In this document: piece after piece, positions 35,214-37,565 of the stretch
Layout: the number at the start of each line of letters is the position of its first letter
Numbering within the stretch: position 1 is the first letter of the stretch
Assembly (NCBI GenBank): GCA_937899865.1
Contig: CALBRH010000006.1
Coordinates: 1-37,565 of the forward strand
Origin: an uncultured euryarchaeote
GTDB lineage: Archaea; Thermoplasmatota; Poseidoniia; Poseidoniales; Poseidoniaceae
DNA: 37,565 nucleotides
Reading direction: 5' to 3'
The notes under the pieces: model-generated
Told to the model about the DNA's origin: nothing
The model's database searches: none
The model's input: the letters and a program-made list of their open reading frames with translations, nothing else
Translations under genes and position numbers: made by a program

Positions 35214-36245
35214 ATGAGCGAGTTCATTGGCCAGAAATTAGGCAAGTGGGAAGGCGAAGAGCGCCCGTTGTTTCTCGCCCCAATGTCTGGTGTTACCGAC
35301 TTACCGTTTCGCCTTCTTGCCAAGGAATGTGGTGCTGATGTAACCATTACTGAATTTACCAATAGTACTGCTTTGAGCAGAGCCGCAACCGCCTCATGGC
35401 GTAAGATGGAATCGCATGAAACCGAAGTACCATTCATTCCACAAATCTTCGGTGGTGATGCCAATGATATGGTTACTGCAGCAGAAATGTTAGCACCTAA
35501 TTGTGATGTAATCGACCTAAACTTTGGTTGCCCTGCACCCAAGGTGACTAAAATTTGCGCTGGTGCAGCATTGATGGGCGAGCCAGACAATCTAGTATCT
35601 ATGGTCAGTGATATTGTCGAGAGTGTAGATATTCCAGTTACGGCAAAAATGCGCCTTGGAACAGGAGCTGCTCAACACAATGCTGTAGAAATCTGTCAAC
35701 GACTTGAGAAGGTTGGGGCGCAACGCCTGTGTGTTCATGGCAGGACTCTACGTCAACGATATGCAGGAGTCGCTGACTGGGATTACATCAAGGAGGTTGT
35801 CAAATCTGTTGAGGTCCCTGTTATCGCTAACGGAGATGTTGTAGACTCAAAAAGTGCGGCTGCCTGTTTGCAAAAAACCAATGCCTCTGGACTTATGATC
35901 GGTCGTGGAGCAATCGGAAGACCTGCAATGTTTGGTTATCTAAAAGCCGGACTTGGATGGATAGAGGAAGAGGATTTACCATGGGTGAAGATAAATGAAA
36001 ACTGGGGTGATTTAGATGAAACTCAGCAGGCATTTGCTACAAGAAAATGGTGCTGGGACAGGTATATTCAGTTATCAAAGGATACTGTGGGAATACAACC
36101 AAGGTGGATGCAAAGACACGCAGTTGCCTTTAGTAAAGGCCTTCCTGGGGGCAAAAAAATTCGCTCTATAATGCATGAAATGCCAACTCCAGAAGACTTT
36201 GCTAATGCAATTAGTGATTTCCTTATTGGAAATAATTACAACTAG
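35214..36245 (+). CDS. dus: tRNA-dihydrouridine synthase
   Basis: LAPMSGVTDLPFR, IDLNFGCP, VTAKMRLG, VHGRT, VIANGD, MIGRGA. Confidence 0.95.
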   Translation: MSEFIGQKLGKWEGEERPLFLAPMSGVTDLPFRLLAKECGADVTITEFTNSTALSRAATASWRKMESHETEVPFIPQIFGGDANDMVTAAEMLAPNCDVIDLNFGCPAPKVTKICAGAALMGEPDNLVSMVSDIVESVDIPVTAKMRLGTGAAQHNAVEICQRLEKVGAQRLCVHGRTLRQRYAGVADWDYIKEVVKSVEVPVIANGDVVDSKSAAACLQKTNASGLMIGRGAIGRPAMFGYLKAGLGWIEEEDLPWVKINENWGDLDETQQAFATRKWCWDRYIQLSKDTVGIQPRWMQRHAVAFSKGLPGGKKIRSIMHEMPTPEDFANAISDFLIGNNYN

Positions 36246-36306
36246 CCAGTCATGACTGAACTTGATGATGATTAAAGTTGAATATTAGTGTCATGCTGGG
36301 AAAGCC

Positions 36307-36744
36307 ATGCAGCCTGAGAAACCAAACCAAACTCAACTCTACGGCCAGCCACAAAACCTCAATCAACAAATCCAACAAACTCAAGGGGTCTTCCCTCAAC
36401 AACAAATAATTATTTTGAACCCAAAATTTCAACCAAAATTTAACTTCAGATATCTTTCTTACGCCGTATTTGCTATAGGCATAACTGCATCTATTATATT
36501 CATGGAGATGTCAGCACCAGGGAGGCTTACTAATGATTATTGGCGCTTCTTGAGCGAGGCAGTTTGCTGTCTTTCGATAATTTTGACATTCGTTTTTGAC
36601 GCTGTATTTTACAAAGGAAAAGCGGATTGGCAAGCGACCACAGGACAATCTAACACCTGGTCATTAACTGGAATGATTTTCGATATTATTTTTGTTTGTA
36701 TCGTCGTGATTTTTGGGTTCATTTGGTTCACTGAGGTATATTAG
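36307..36744 (+). CDS. Hypothetical membrane protein with Q/P-rich N-terminus
   Basis: 145 aa, three hydrophobic helices. Confidence 0.7.
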   Translation: MQPEKPNQTQLYGQPQNLNQQIQQTQGVFPQQQIIILNPKFQPKFNFRYLSYAVFAIGITASIIFMEMSAPGRLTNDYWRFLSEAVCCLSIILTFVFDAVFYKGKADWQATTGQSNTWSLTGMIFDIIFVCIVVIFGFIWFTEVY

Positions 36745-36746
36745 AA

Positions 36747-36793
36747 CAAAGGGTACCCTTCCAACACCCGTCAATACAGAAGGGGGCCCTTTG
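36747..36793. repeat. 15-bp imperfect inverted repeat
   Basis: CAAAGGGTACCCTTC ... GAAGGGGGCCCTTTG (2 mismatches, 17-nt loop). Confidence 0.7.
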
Positions 36794-36829
36794 CAGAATA
36801 ACTAATAACTGTCAATATGAGTTTTATTT

Positions 36830-36937
36830 ATGGCATATGTATGTGATACCGGAAACTGTAATTATCGAACAAACGCTGCTTTTCTTGCATCTTTGAGATG
36901 CCCAAGATGCGGACAAACAAGTTTAGTTAAGGTATAA
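36830..36937 (+). CDS. 35-aa CPxCG zinc-finger microprotein MAYVCDTGNCNYRTNAAFLASLRCPRCGQTSLVKV
   Basis: C-x4-C ... CPRCG; below ORF-track cutoff. Confidence 0.65.
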   Translation: MAYVCDTGNCNYRTNAAFLASLRCPRCGQTSLVKV

Positions 36938-36966
36938 GCAAGAACATTGGATGCGATTTTTCGAAA

Positions 36967-36999
36967 CCCCTTTGCATTTTATTTTTCGATACAAAGGGG
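36967..36999. repeat. 11-bp imperfect inverted repeat with T-rich loop (terminator-like)
   Basis: CCCCTTTGCAT ... ATACAAAGGGG. Confidence 0.6.
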
Positions 37000-37029
37000 A
37001 CTCAGTGGGCCGATACAGACGCTACCGAT

Positions 37030-37062
37030 GTATGCGTATACGCATACGAGGGCCGCCCTCGT
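37030..37062. repeat. Perfect 18-bp palindrome abutting a 7-bp hairpin
   Basis: GTATGCGTATACGCATAC (37030-37047); ACGAGGG-ccg-CCCTCGT (37046-37062). Confidence 0.8.
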
Positions 37063-37118
37063 AAACAAATTACATCTTCTTCGGAAAAAACTGAATACAA
37101 GGATTGATTCCAGAGCAT

Positions 37119-37271
37119 ATGGTTGACCTAGATAAACTAATTCAGTTATTTAATGGAGATCATGATTTGGAAGTTGAGGAAAGTGCATATCAGGCAATAA
37201 TTAAAATTGGTAAACCCGCAGTAACGCCATTAATCGAATCACTAAATATCATTGGGCCAAATTATAAATGA
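37119..37271 (+). pseudogene. HEAT/PBS-lyase repeat fragment, apparently truncated at a junction
   Basis: VEESAYQAIIKIGKPAVTPLIESL, then loss of similarity near 37250. Confidence 0.55.
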
Positions 37272-37565
37272 GAAAGAGGATAAAGATAGACCTACACCTT
37301 TAGACCAGAGATTTTCCGATCTTGTAGGGGAGGTTTTATGGGACCCAAACTCTAAAGTAAAATTGAAGTATAATTTTAATTTAGATCAGAACTATGAAAC
37401 TTTTAATTACAATGAAGTAAGCTCTAATTTTTTATATGGACCTACCACATTTAATATAAGTTTTCTTGAAGAGAGAGAGAATATGGGAATGCAGAGATAT
37501 TTTAAAACCGACTTAGATTATAATATAAACGATTTTAATAAATTAAATATTTCAACAAAAAGAAA
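37246..37565 (+). other. lptD: Internal fragment of a Pelagibacterales-like LPS-assembly protein LptD; probable chimeric sequence
   Basis: Open frame SLGQIINEKEDKD...SDLVGE...YNFNLDQNYETFNYNE...YFKTDLDY...STKR; very AT-rich; no start context. Confidence 0.7.

Noticed and set aside
35165-35590. 141-aa minus-strand ORF and similar short antisense ORFs (e.g. 15011-15283, 32375-32692, 19177-19473)
   Set aside because: They overlap well-supported genes on the opposite strand and lack an SD or motif.
36246-36300. Hairpin with CTGA and TGATGA as a box C/D sRNA
   Set aside because: The boxes are in the wrong order and there is no guide region; only a CAGTCATGACTG palindrome is supported.

Overview
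AT-rich archaeal chromosomal window. It is most consistent with Marine Group II / Ca. Poseidoniales, inferred from the taw1 wyosine synthase, (A)GGTGA Shine-Dalgarno motifs, the HCDH-ECH fusion and acidic membrane-anchored surface proteins. Housekeeping genes are gpmA, taw1, dus, SCO, GT4 and GST. Lipid and transport genes include MMPL, an AlkB-family enzyme, a beta-oxidation fusion and an FtsX-type ABC system. Four observations stand out. (1) A minus-strand unit at 13238-17040 runs promoter -> 19-aa leader ORF ending in an Arg run (four of five Arg codons CGN) -> tandem tRNA-Arg(UCG) and tRNA-Arg(GCG) -> five translationally coupled genes whose 42 Arg codons are all AGA/AGG, although hand-counted neighbouring genes use CGN for about half of Arg. 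This looks like a circuit that senses, and still works during, CGN-tRNA shortage. (2) A two-TM protein at 29928-32663 aligns motif by motif with eukaryotic CD36/SR-B/LIMP-2 scavenger receptors. (3) Microproteins missed by the ORF track: a paralogous pair upstream of alkB and a CPxCG zinc finger flanked by hairpins. (4) The last ~320 bp encode a SAR11-like LptD fragment and are probably a chimeric join. No database searches were run; family calls come from motif recognition.
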